Shown: in pieces, positions 11,233-21,265 of the stretch
Layout of the letters: the number at the start of each line of letters is the position of its first letter
Position numbering within the stretch: position 1 is the stretch's first letter
Assembly (NCBI GenBank): GCA_963692775.1
Contig: OY839116.1
Span: 1,701,601 to 1,765,600, forward strand
Reading direction: 5' to 3'
DNA from: Dehalococcoidia bacterium
GTDB taxonomy: Bacteria; Chloroflexota; Dehalococcoidia; UBA2979
Length of the DNA: 64,000 nt
Translations under genes and position numbers: made by a program
The notes under the pieces: model-generated
The model's database searches: none
Told to the model about the DNA's origin: nothing
Seen by the model: only the letters and a program-made list of their open reading frames with translations

Positions 11233-12138
11233 GTGGGGAAGCGGCAGCCCGGCCACGGCGCGGCGAACGGTGAGCCCGTGCGCGCGCCGTCCGTGCTGAT
11301 CGCGGGCGCCGTTACGTGGGATCACTTCGGAGCGGAGCGGCGTTCGGGCGGCGCCGTCCTCTACGCCGCCCGCGCGGCGGCAGCCCTCGGCCTGCGCGCG
11401 CGGATCCTCGCCCTCGCCGGCCCGGACGCGGACCTCGAGGCGCTCGAGGGGCATGACGTCACCATCGCCGCGTCCCCGCGCACGCTCATGTTCGTACATA
11501 TGTTCTCTCACGGAGCCTCAGACCCTCGTGGGCTGCGCGTCCTCGGCCGGCCGGGGCGCGCACTGGGCGCGTCCGACCTCCCGAACGTGCGCGAGGACAC
11601 CCTCGACCTGCTCGTGCTCGCCCCGCTGCTCCCGGACGACCTCGATCTCGGCTCGTTCGCCGGGGCGCGGACGCGGCGGCGCGCCCTGCTCGCGCAGGGC
11701 CTGCTGCGCGAGCAGGGCGCGGACGGCCTCGTGACCCACGCGAGCGAACCCCCGCCCCGGCTGCTCGACGCGATCAACGGGCGGACCAGCGTCTTCCTCT
11801 CCGAGGACGAGACGGCGGGCTGGGCCACGGGCGCCCTCGCCTCGCTCGCTGCTGCGGCCGAGCGCGTCGTCGTGACGCGCGGCGCGCGCGGCGCCACGAT
11901 CCTTCGAGGAGACACGCGCATCCAGACCTCGGCGCGGTCGGCCGAATCTGTCGATTCCACCGGCTGCGGCGACGTGTTTGCGGTTGCGTGCATGATCGCG
12001 CTGGCCTCGGGAGCGGATGACGCCCGGGCGGCGGCGATCGGGGCGGAGCTCGCCGCGGCGGCCCTCGGGCTGCGGGGCGCGCAGCCGCTGCCCGCGGTCC
12101 GCATCGACCTGCGCAGCGAAGCGCATGCCGGGGTGTGA
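11233..12138 (+). CDS. PfkB family carbohydrate kinase
   Basis: GGAVLY N-terminal motif, VVTRGARG, DSTGCGDVF signature. Confidence 0.85.
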   Translation: MGKRQPGHGAANGEPVRAPSVLIAGAVTWDHFGAERRSGGAVLYAARAAAALGLRARILALAGPDADLEALEGHDVTIAASPRTLMFVHMFSHGASDPRGLRVLGRPGRALGASDLPNVREDTLDLLVLAPLLPDDLDLGSFAGARTRRRALLAQGLLREQGADGLVTHASEPPPRLLDAINGRTSVFLSEDETAGWATGALASLAAAAERVVVTRGARGATILRGDTRIQTSARSAESVDSTGCGDVFAVACMIALASGADDARAAAIGAELAAAALGLRGAQPLPAVRIDLRSEAHAGV

Positions 12139-12139
12139 C

Positions 12140-12917
<778 letters not shown>

Positions 12918-12928
<11 letters not shown>

Positions 12929-13829
12929 TCGAGGACCGGCAAGGGGCCTTGGACGCGGCCTCGGCGCGCTCATCCCCGGCGGCGACGCGCCCGGCGACCG
13001 CGCCGGGCGGCCCGTGACCGAGATCGCCATCGCGGAGATCGAGGCGAATCCGCACCAGCCGCGGCTGATGATGGACGACGAGGCGCTCGACGAGCTGACG
13101 CGGTCGGTGCGCGAGCACGGCGTGATCCAGCCGCTGATCGTCACGGAGCTGCCTCGCGCCGAGCCGGGCGGTCCCCGCTACCGGCTGATCGCGGGCGAGC
13201 GGCGGCTGCGCGCGGCCGCCGCGGCCGGCCTCGCGCGCGTGCCCGTCACCGTGCGCGAGACGACCGACCGCGGCCAGCTCGAGCTGGCGCTGGTCGAGAA
13301 CGTCCAGCGCGAGGATCTGAGCCCGATCGAGGAGGCGCGCGCCTACCGCCGGCTGATCGACGAGTTCGGGCTGACGCAGCAGCAGACCGCGGACCGCGTC
13401 GGCTGCTCGCGGGCGAAGGTGGCGAACCGGCTGCGGTTGCTCGAGCTGCCCCCAGAGGCGATCGAGGCACTGCAGGCCGCCCGCATCAGCGAGGGGCACG
13501 CCCGCGCGCTGCTCGCCGCGCCCTCCATCGAGGCGCGCCTCGCGATCCTCGCGCGCATCGAGCGCGAGGGCCTGAGCGTGCGCCAGACGGAGCGGCTCGC
13601 CCGCCGCGCGCAGGCGACGGGGACCGCGCTCCCCACCGCGAGCGGCGCGCTGCGCGATCCGCAAATCGAGTCGCTCGAGGACGCGCTGCGCATGCAGCTC
13701 GGCACGAAGGTCGGGCTGCGGCGGGGCCGGGGCGGGCGCGGCACGCTCACGATCCACTTCCACAGCGACGAGGAGCTGGACGGCGTGCTCGAGCGGCTGC
13801 TGCCCGAGTGGCTCGCCGAGCAGGCGTGA
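12918..13829 (+). CDS. parB: ParB/Spo0J partition protein
   Basis: GLGRGLGALI, NPHQPR, IAGERRLRA, ENVQREDL, HTH. Confidence 0.96.
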
Positions 13830-13928
13830 CCGCACCCGCCTACGCCTCGCGCCGATCGGCGGCTATCCTCTCCGCTGTTCGGGCCCCGAGGCCGTAGCGT
13901 TCCGCGCGGACTGAACGAGGTCGGGTCG

Positions 13929-16364
13929 ATGGCGCACGCGCTCGATGGCATCCGCATCGTCGAGGTCGGCGAGGGCAAGCAGCTCGCCTACTGCGGCAAG
14001 CTGCTGCGCGACCTCGGCGCCGAGGTGATCAAGGTCGAACCGCCCGGCGGCGACCAGCTGCGGCTGCACGGCCCCTTCCTGAACGACGAGCCCGGCCTCG
14101 AGCAGAGCGGCCTCTTCATCTACTTCAACGGCGGCAAGCAGGGCGCGCGGCTGGACCCCGGACGCGCCGAGGACCGCGCGGCGCTGCAGCGCCTGATCGA
14201 CGGCGCAGACGTGCTGCTGCTGGGCATGCGTCCCTCGCAGGCGCGGGCGGCGGGCCTCGATCCCGATGTGCTGCTCGCCGAGCGGCCCGGACTCGTCGTC
14301 GCGACGGCGACAATTTACGGCTTCACCGGGCCGTACGCCGAGTGGCTCGGCTACCCGATCCACGCCTACGCCGGCTCCAGCGTCGCGCACCGCGTCGGCG
14401 ACCCGGAGCGCGAGCCGCTCAACGCCCCGCTCGACGGCGCCGACATTCACCACGGCGCGGTGCAGCTCGCCGGCGCGATCCTGACCGCGCTGCTGCACAA
14501 GGCGAAGACCGGCGAGGGGCAGCTCGTCGACGTCGGCAGCCTCGAGGCGTCGAACCTCGCGATCTGGGGCCACGGCATCGCGCAGATCGTCTATCTCGGC
14601 TACCTCACGCCGGAGCGCAACGGCTTCCAGATCAGCGGCGGCGTCTGGGGGGCGTGGCCGACCAAGGACGGGCACTTCGCGATCATGACGCAGGTGCCGC
14701 GCCACTGGCAGGACTTCATGATCGGCCTCGGCGACCCCGAGTGGGCGCACCATCCGATCTTCTGGAAGCTCGGCCACGCGGGGATCCGGCGCGACATCAC
14801 GCCCGAGCAGGGTGAGGAGATCCAGCAACTCCTGCGCGGCCCCTTCTCCGAGCTGCTCAGGCAATGGACCAACGCCGAGCTGTGGGAGCTGTGCCGCCGC
14901 GAGCGCATCGCCTGCCAGCCCGTGCTCACCATCCCCGAGGTCTGCGAGGCCGATCACCCCAACGAGCGCGACTGGCTGACGGAGGCCCCGGGCCTGCACC
15001 CGCCGCTGCGCGTGCCCGGCCGCCCCTACCACCTCTCGAAGACGCCGTGGCGCGAGCCGGGCCCGCCGCCCCGCCTCGACGAGCCCTCGGTGGGCGCGTG
15101 GCAGGGCGAGCACCGGCCGCCGTCCCCGCTGCGCACGCGAGCGGACGCGCTGATCGAGCCGCGCAACGCGGGCCAGCCGCTCGCGGGCCTGCGCATCCTC
15201 GACCTTGGCATCGTCTGGGCGGGGCCGCAGACGATCCGCTTCCTCGCCGACTTCGGCGCGGACGTGATCAAGCTCACGACCAACACGCGCCCCTGGATGT
15301 CCGGCGTGCGCGGCGGCTCCGACCCCGCCGACCCGATGTCGTGGGAGTGGATCCTGCGCAACCGCCGCTCCGTCAACATCGACCTGAGCCACCCGGAGGG
15401 CCCGGACCTCGTGCGCCGCCTCGCGACGGTCGCCGACGTGGTGCTCGAGAACTTCGGCTCCGGCACCGCCGAGCGGATCGGCATCGGCTACGAGGCGCTC
15501 TCGAGGGACAACCCCGGCCTCGTGATGATCTCGATGCCGCCCGCGGGCGCCACCGGCCCGTGGTCGGACCTCGTCTCCTACGGCCCGACGCTGACCGGGC
15601 TCAACGGCATGAAGGCGATCAGCGGCTACCCCGAGGACGGCTCGATCTCCGAGGAGGCGGCCGAGCTGGACCCGATCGCCGCCGCCTACGGCGCGCTCGC
15701 GATCCTCGCGGCGGTGATGCACCACTGCCGCACGGGCGAGGGCCAGCACATCGAGCTGGGGCAGGCGCAGGCCGGCTTCACCGGCCTCGCCGAGGGCGTG
15801 ATCGAGTACACCTGGAACGGCCGCGACGTCGGCCCCGTCGGCAACACGCACGCCTTCCTCGCGCCGCACGGGATCTACCGCACGGTCGGAGCGGACGACT
15901 GGATCGCGATCGCCTGCGACGGCGACGAGCAGTGGCGCGCCCTCGCGGGCGTGGCCGGGCGGCCCGACTGGCTCGAGCGCGAGGACTTCGCCTCGCCCGA
16001 GGCGCGGCGCGCGGCGCGGCGCGCGATCGACGCGGAGCTGAACGCCTGGACGCGCGACCAGGACAAGCGCGAGCTGGCCGAGCGCCTGCAGGCGGCGGGC
16101 GTGCCCGCCTTCCCCGTCCTCGAGGGCATGGAGGTCATCGCCGACCCGATGCTGCGCGAGCGGCGGGCGGAGTTCGAGCTGCACCCCGACTTCACGGTCG
16201 ACGAACTGCTGAACGGCATCGCCTGGCACCTCTCGAAGACGCCGCCGCGGCTGCGGCGGCCCGCGCCCGCCTTCGGCGGACACAACGCCGAGGTGCTGGG
16301 CGAGTACCTTGGCCTGACCGAGGCCGAGGTGCGGGCGATGGAGGAGTCGGGCCTGCTCGCGTAG
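13929..16364 (+). CDS. Class III CoA-transferase (CaiB/BaiF), two fused domains
   Basis: Two copies of L.GIRI.E/D...LGA(E/D)VIK and GEGQ.(V/I)(D/E) motifs. Confidence 0.93.
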   Translation: MAHALDGIRIVEVGEGKQLAYCGKLLRDLGAEVIKVEPPGGDQLRLHGPFLNDEPGLEQSGLFIYFNGGKQGARLDPGRAEDRAALQRLIDGADVLLLGMRPSQARAAGLDPDVLLAERPGLVVATATIYGFTGPYAEWLGYPIHAYAGSSVAHRVGDPEREPLNAPLDGADIHHGAVQLAGAILTALLHKAKTGEGQLVDVGSLEASNLAIWGHGIAQIVYLGYLTPERNGFQISGGVWGAWPTKDGHFAIMTQVPRHWQDFMIGLGDPEWAHHPIFWKLGHAGIRRDITPEQGEEIQQLLRGPFSELLRQWTNAELWELCRRERIACQPVLTIPEVCEADHPNERDWLTEAPGLHPPLRVPGRPYHLSKTPWREPGPPPRLDEPSVGAWQGEHRPPSPLRTRADALIEPRNAGQPLAGLRILDLGIVWAGPQTIRFLADFGADVIKLTTNTRPWMSGVRGGSDPADPMSWEWILRNRRSVNIDLSHPEGPDLVRRLATVADVVLENFGSGTAERIGIGYEALSRDNPGLVMISMPPAGATGPWSDLVSYGPTLTGLNGMKAISGYPEDGSISEEAAELDPIAAAYGALAILAAVMHHCRTGEGQHIELGQAQAGFTGLAEGVIEYTWNGRDVGPVGNTHAFLAPHGIYRTVGADDWIAIACDGDEQWRALAGVAGRPDWLEREDFASPEARRAARRAIDAELNAWTRDQDKRELAERLQAAGVPAFPVLEGMEVIADPMLRERRAEFELHPDFTVDELLNGIAWHLSKTPPRLRRPAPAFGGHNAEVLGEYLGLTEAEVRAMEESGLLA

Positions 16365-16389
16365 GCGCGCGGCGACGAAGGAGGACGAG

Positions 16390-17181
16390 ATGAGCGACGA
16401 CGGACAACTGATCATCGAGGAGCGCGACCGCATCGCGTTCGTCACCTTCAACCGGCCCGAGAAGCTCAACGCCTGGACGTTCGAGATGAGCACCGAGCTG
16501 CGCGAGTACCTCTGGGGCCTCAACGAGGGCGACTACCGCATCCGCTGCGTGGTGATGACCGGCTCCGGGCGGGCCTTCTGCTCGGGCGCGGACGTCGGCA
16601 ACCTCGCGGCGCGGCAGGGCGGCGAGCGGCCGCCCTGGCGTCCACCGCACCCGGAGGCGCACATCACCGAGGCGCTGCGCCGCTGCAACGCGCCGGTGAT
16701 CGCCGCGATCAACGGCTACGCGCTGGGCATGGGCCTCGGCATCGCGATGGCCTGCGACATCCGCATCGCCGCGGACGACGCGCGCTTCCAGGTGGCGCAG
16801 ATGAAGCGCGGCCTCACCGCCGACACCGCGCTCGCCCACTCGCTGCCCGCCGCGATCGGCGCCGAGCGCGCGATGGAGCTGATGTTCACCGCGCGCATGA
16901 TCGAGGCGGACGAGGCGGAGCGGATCGGCCTCGTGCTGAAGGTCGTGCCCGCCGACAACCTGCTCGAGGAGGCCGAGGCGCTGGCGCGCGAGATCGCGAA
17001 GAGTGGCCCGCTCGGCGTCGCCGCCGCGAAGCGCACCGTCTACCTCCGCGACGACGACGCCTTCCAGCGCGCGCACGACTTCCTCGGCCTGACGATGGAC
17101 CGCCTCTTCTTCACCGAGGACGCCCGCGAGGGCATCCAGTCCTTCGCCGAGCGCCGCGAGCCGGAGTTCCCCGGCCGCTGA
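16390..17181 (+). CDS. Enoyl-CoA hydratase/isomerase family protein
   Basis: NRPEKLNA, AFCSGAD, IAAINGYALG, ACDIRIA, F.ERR.P.F. Confidence 0.92.
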   Translation: MSDDGQLIIEERDRIAFVTFNRPEKLNAWTFEMSTELREYLWGLNEGDYRIRCVVMTGSGRAFCSGADVGNLAARQGGERPPWRPPHPEAHITEALRRCNAPVIAAINGYALGMGLGIAMACDIRIAADDARFQVAQMKRGLTADTALAHSLPAAIGAERAMELMFTARMIEADEAERIGLVLKVVPADNLLEEAEALAREIAKSGPLGVAAAKRTVYLRDDDAFQRAHDFLGLTMDRLFFTEDAREGIQSFAERREPEFPGR

Positions 17182-17205
17182 CGGCCCGCCTCGCCCCTCC
17201 GGCCC

Positions 17206-17236
17206 CTCCCTTCCGGCCCCCTCTCCTGGGGGAGAG
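17206..17236 (+). repeat. Left part of CCCTCTCC-GGAGAGGG palindromic repeat, split by IS110
   Basis: 31 nt identical to 18910-18940. Confidence 0.9.
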
Positions 17237-17257
17237 ACTCCCCATGGTGCTAAGGCG

Positions 17258-18481
17258 TCAAGCGGCGAGCTGCTCGCGGTCGCGGCGGTGCGCCCAGGCG
17301 GTGGCCTCGTCGTAGGGGCGGCGCGTCCTGAGGCAGCCGTGGAGGTAGCCGACGAGGCGGTTGCCGAGGGCGCGCAGCGCCTGGTGGTGGAGGTCGCCGG
17401 CGGCGCGCCGCCGCAGGTAGAAGTCGTAGCAACCGGGGCTCGCCTGTAGCGCGCAGAGCGCCCAGCGGTCGGCGGCGTCGGCGAGCCGGCGGTTGCGCAC
17501 GAAGCGGGCGCGCACGCTGCGTTTGCGTCCCGATGCTACGGTCAGCGGCGAGGTGCCGGCGTAGTTCCTGCGGGACTTCGCCGACGCGTAGCGTTCGGGG
17601 TCGTCCCCGAACTCGCCGAGCACCCGGGCGCCGAGCACGAGACCGAGTCCGGGCAGGGAGCGGTAGAGCGCGGCGTCCGGGTGCTGCTCAAAATGGTCCG
17701 CCAGTTCGGCCTCGAGTGCGGCGATCTGCTGGTTGATCTCGCTGATCTGCCCGACCGTCGCGCGGGTGCTCGCGGCGAAGGCCCGGCTCACCACCTCCGA
17801 CACCTCGAGCTGCGGGGAGCGCAGCGCCTCGCGGACCGCGGCGGCGCGCCGCTCGAGGTTGCGCCGGCGGCCGCCGCGGCGGAGCGCGGCGCGCAGCCGG
17901 GTGCTGCTCAGCCGCGCCGCCTCGCGCGGGCCGGGCGCCGTGGCCAGCACGCCGAGGGCGTCGCCGTGGGCGAGCTTGGGAAACGCCCGCAGGGCGGCGG
18001 GAAAGTACTCCCTGAGGGCGTTGCGCAGGCGGTTGGTCTGGCGCGTGCGGTCCCAGATCAACTGCTGGTGCGCACGGGCGAGGATGCGCAGCGCGGCGGC
18101 CTCGTCAGTGTCGCCGGCGACCGGCCGGTGGTTGTGGCGGTCGGTGCGGACGAGGTCGGCGAGCAGCTTCGCGTCGGCGGCGTCGGACTTGGCGCCGCCG
18201 AGGTGGTGGCGCTCGCGGTAGCGCGCCGCCGAGCGCGGGTTGATCGCGTAGACGCGGTAGCCGGCGGCGAGCAGCGCCGCGACCCAGGGCCCGCGGTCGG
18301 TCTCGATGCCGACCACGACGTCGCCCGGGTCCGCGGCGTGCCGGGCGACCAGCTCGTGCAGCGCGGCGACGCCCGCGACGCCCTCGGGCAGCCGCTTGGC
18401 GGCGAGCCGCGCGCCGGCCTCGTTCATGAAATGGACGTCGTGGTGGTCCTCGGACCAGTCGTCGCCCACGTAGAGGGTCAT
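17258..18481 (-). CDS. IS110 family DEDD transposase/recombinase
   Basis: YVGDDWSEDHHD, GIET, KSDAAD (DEDD RuvC-like); SLPGLG...GEFGD..RY...YAGTSP..ASG Tnp domain; AAGGAGG RBS. Confidence 0.96.
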   Translation of the reverse strand: MTLYVGDDWSEDHHDVHFMNEAGARLAAKRLPEGVAGVAALHELVARHAADPGDVVVGIETDRGPWVAALLAAGYRVYAINPRSAARYRERHHLGGAKSDAADAKLLADLVRTDRHNHRPVAGDTDEAAALRILARAHQQLIWDRTRQTNRLRNALREYFPAALRAFPKLAHGDALGVLATAPGPREAARLSSTRLRAALRRGGRRRNLERRAAAVREALRSPQLEVSEVVSRAFAASTRATVGQISEINQQIAALEAELADHFEQHPDAALYRSLPGLGLVLGARVLGEFGDDPERYASAKSRRNYAGTSPLTVASGRKRSVRARFVRNRRLADAADRWALCALQASPGCYDFYLRRRAAGDLHHQALRALGNRLVGYLHGCLRTRRPYDEATAWAHRRDREQLAA

Positions 18482-18524
18482 CGTCTCAGTGCCTCCTTCG
18501 CTTCGTGCTGCCGGCTGCGACCCG

Positions 18525-18722
18525 CCGGGCTGGTCCCGCGACGGCCTAATGGAACAGTGCTCGCGGGCACGACACCCCATGAGTGCTGCGGACCACCCGG
18601 ACGCACCGGCCGGGGCGCGGTCTCTCCCGAGAGATCCAGAGGTCTCAGGGCGAGGAAGTGCTCACCGGCCGGCGGGCCCCGGACCAGTCTCCCAGATCGC
18701 TCCGGGGTTCTGGTCGAACCCC
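18525..18722 (-). ncRNA. Putative bridge RNA of the IS110 element
   Basis: 5' hairpin plus two internal loops with segments matching target (18647-55, 18622-28) and donor junction (18571-81, 18546-52). Confidence 0.82.
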
Positions 18723-18839
18723 ATTAGGGCGGGGGTGAGGGGGCTCGCCATTCGCTGCTACGAGCATCGATCGGTTGTTGCGCCCCCGGCGGCTCGTGCC
18801 CTGCGGGCGTCGGACGAGCAGGCGCTGCGCGCCGCTCGG

Positions 18840-18868
18840 CTGGATTCCGGCTTTCGCCGGAATGACGG
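18840..18868 (+). repeat. REP-like palindrome CTGGATTCCGGCTTTCGCCGGAATGACGG, copy 1
   Basis: 29 nt identical to 50981-51009; hairpin ATTCCGGC/GCCGGAAT. Confidence 0.9.
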
Positions 18869-18909
18869 AGGGGGAGGCGGAAGGACGGGGAGGGAGAGAC
18901 CGGCCGCCG

Positions 18910-18957
18910 CTCCCTTCCGGCCCCCTCTCCTGGGGGAGAGGGTTGGGGTGAGGGGGC
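18910..18957 (+). repeat. Intact CCCTCTCC-GGAGAGGG-GGGGTGAGGG repeat
   Basis: Matches the reconstructed IS target; related copies at 50871-50903 and 25746-25783. Confidence 0.88.
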
Positions 18958-19042
18958 ACGCCGGACTCCCGAGGACGCACGCACGCCCATTGGCTGCCCT
19001 GCCCCTCGCGCCCCAATGGCCTTGAGGTGAGCGAGGGCCGCG

Positions 19043-19840
19043 TCAGTAGTAGATCGCAGTGCCGGGGCCGCCGCCCGTGGCGATCGCGTCCCCGTTGATC
19101 GAGATTGACTTCGGGGAGGCGAGGAAGGCGACGACCCAGGCGACCTCGCGCGCGTCGACGAGGTGGTGGATCGAGTTGCCCTCGGCGAGTCGGCGCTCGA
19201 CCTCCTCCTCCGCCTCGCCCGCCTCGACGCGCGCGGCGATCATCTCCGCCGTGCGCTCGGTGCGGGTGCCGCCGGGGTGGACGACGGTGACGTTGATCCC
19301 GTCGGGCCCGAGCTCGTTCGCGAGGTTCTTCGTCAGCGCGGCGACGCCGACGTTGCGGATGCTGCCCGAGGTGTTGCCGGCGCGGCGCGCGCCGAGGCCG
19401 GAGACGTTGACGATCCGCCCCCAGCCCTGCTCCCGCATGATCGGCGCGACCGCCCGCGCGGTCCGCAGGTAGCCCAGCACCTTCACCTCGATGTCCGCGC
19501 GCACGTGATCGTCGCTCAGCTCCGCCAGCGGGACGGGCGGCAGCGCGCTGCCCGGCGAGGCGGCGTTGTTGACGAGGATGTCGATCCGTCCGAACGCCTC
19601 GTGCGCCGCCCGCACCATCGCCCGCACCGAGGCGTCGTCCGAGGTGTCGGCGGTCAGCGCCAGCACGCGGCGCCCGCTTTCCCCGGCGATCCCGGCGGCG
19701 GTCGCCTCCAGCGCCTCGCGCCCGCGCGCGACGGCCGCGACGTCGGCGCCCTCGAGGGCCAGTTCGCGCGCCACCGCCTTGCCGATGCCGCGGCTCGCGC
19801 CGGTCACGATCGCCACCTTCCCCGTCAGCTCCAGGTCCAT
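19043..19840 (-). CDS. SDR family oxidoreductase
   Basis: TGASRGIG, DILVNNA, GRIVNVSG; lacks canonical YxxxK. Confidence 0.92.
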   Translation of the reverse strand: MDLELTGKVAIVTGASRGIGKAVARELALEGADVAAVARGREALEATAAGIAGESGRRVLALTADTSDDASVRAMVRAAHEAFGRIDILVNNAASPGSALPPVPLAELSDDHVRADIEVKVLGYLRTARAVAPIMREQGWGRIVNVSGLGARRAGNTSGSIRNVGVAALTKNLANELGPDGINVTVVHPGGTRTERTAEMIAARVEAGEAEEEVERRLAEGNSIHHLVDAREVAWVVAFLASPKSISINGDAIATGGGPGTAIYY

Positions 19841-19961
19841 GCCGTGCCTCCCGCCTCGCGGCGCGCTCGCGCCGCCGCGCATCGTACGCCGCGGGGCGAG
19901 GGCCGGTGTATCCTCGCCGCGCGGCGGGCGCTCGCCCGCGCGGCCGGGGAGGGCGGGGCGC

Positions 19962-21164
19962 ATGACGACGCAGACACGCGGGCGGGACGCCGTCTTCCTC
20001 TCGGGCGTGCGCAGCGGCTTCGGCAGCTTCGGCGGCTCGCTCAAGGAGCTCAGCGCCACGCAGCTCGGCGCCGCCGTCTCGCGCGACGCGATCGCCGCCT
20101 CGGGCGCGTCCGCCGAGGAGTTCGACCACGTCGTCTTCGGGAACGTGCAGCAAACCTCGTCGGACGCGATCTACCTCGCGCGCCACATCGGCCTCGATGC
20201 CGGGCTGCCTATCGAGACGCCGGCGCTGACCGTGAACCGGCTCTGCGGCTCGGGCTTCGAGGCGATCACGCAGGGCGCGCAGCAGATCATGCTCGGCCGC
20301 TCCGAGCTGGTGCTCGCCGGCGGGACCGAGTCGATGAGCCAGGCGCCGCACGTCGTGCGCGGCGCGCGCTGGGGCCTGCGCCTCGCCGCGCAGGCGGAGC
20401 TGGAGGACTCGCTCTGGGAGTGCCTCAGCGACCGCTACTGCGGCCTCTCGATGGGCGAGACCGCGGACAACCTCGCGCAGCGCTACGAGCTCGACCGCGA
20501 CGAGGTCGACGAGTACGCCCTCGGCTCCCAGCAGCGCGCACGGCAGGCCTGGGAGGACGGCGTCTTCGAGGACGAGGTGACGCCGATCAGCGTCGGGCGG
20601 CGCGGCCGCGAGACCGAGTTCCGCGCCGACGAGCACATCCGCAGCGACACCACCCTCGAGACCCTCGGCGGGCTACCGACAGTCTTCCGCGACGGCGGCG
20701 TCACCACCGCCGGCAACGCCTCCGGCATCTGCGACGGCGCGGCGGCTCTGGTCGTGGCCAGCGAGGAGTACGCCGCGGCGAACGACCTGGAGCCGATCGG
20801 CCGGCTGATCGGCTGGGCCGTGGCGGGAGTCGACCCGGCGCACATGGGCATCGGGCCCGCGCCCGCGATCCGCGACGTGCTGGAGCAGACCGGCCTCGGC
20901 CTGGACGAGCTGGACCTGATCGAGGTCAACGAGGCGTTCGCGGCTCAGTACCTCGCGGTTGAGCGCGAGCTGGGGCTGGACCGTGAACGGACGAACGTGC
21001 ACGGCGGCGCGATCGCGATCGGGCACCCGGTCGGCGCGAGCGGCGCGCGCATCACGGCGCACCTGCTGCACGCGCTGCGCCGCGAGGGCAAGCGCTACGG
21101 CCTCGGCTCGGCCTGCATCGGCGGCGGCCAGGGCGCGGCGCTGATTGTCGAGGCGTTCAACTAG
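19962..21164 (+). CDS. Acetyl-CoA acetyltransferase (thiolase)
   Basis: NRLCGSG, EVNEAFA, GGAIAIGHP, ACIGGGQG. Confidence 0.96.
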   Translation: MTTQTRGRDAVFLSGVRSGFGSFGGSLKELSATQLGAAVSRDAIAASGASAEEFDHVVFGNVQQTSSDAIYLARHIGLDAGLPIETPALTVNRLCGSGFEAITQGAQQIMLGRSELVLAGGTESMSQAPHVVRGARWGLRLAAQAELEDSLWECLSDRYCGLSMGETADNLAQRYELDRDEVDEYALGSQQRARQAWEDGVFEDEVTPISVGRRGRETEFRADEHIRSDTTLETLGGLPTVFRDGGVTTAGNASGICDGAAALVVASEEYAAANDLEPIGRLIGWAVAGVDPAHMGIGPAPAIRDVLEQTGLGLDELDLIEVNEAFAAQYLAVERELGLDRERTNVHGGAIAIGHPVGASGARITAHLLHALRREGKRYGLGSACIGGGQGAALIVEAFN

Positions 21165-21265
21165 CCGGCGCACCCCCCAACCCGCTCCCTGACGAGACCT
21201 TTCGCATCGTCGGCTGAGACCGTGTATAAACTGTGTATTGTCGTCCTTGCGGTGGGCGGAGGGCC

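Larger units (their letters stand above)
17235..18727 (-). mobile_element. Complete IS110-family insertion sequence bounded by duplicated CT core
   Basis: AG (CT on minus) at 17235-36 and 18726-27; removing the element restores a repeat like the intact copy at 18910-18957; no terminal inverted repeats. Confidence 0.92.

Noticed and set aside
21221-21240. DnaA-box-like CGTGTATAA / TGTGTATTG upstream of the FN3 gene
   Set aside because: Both are mismatched; better explained as a -10 region
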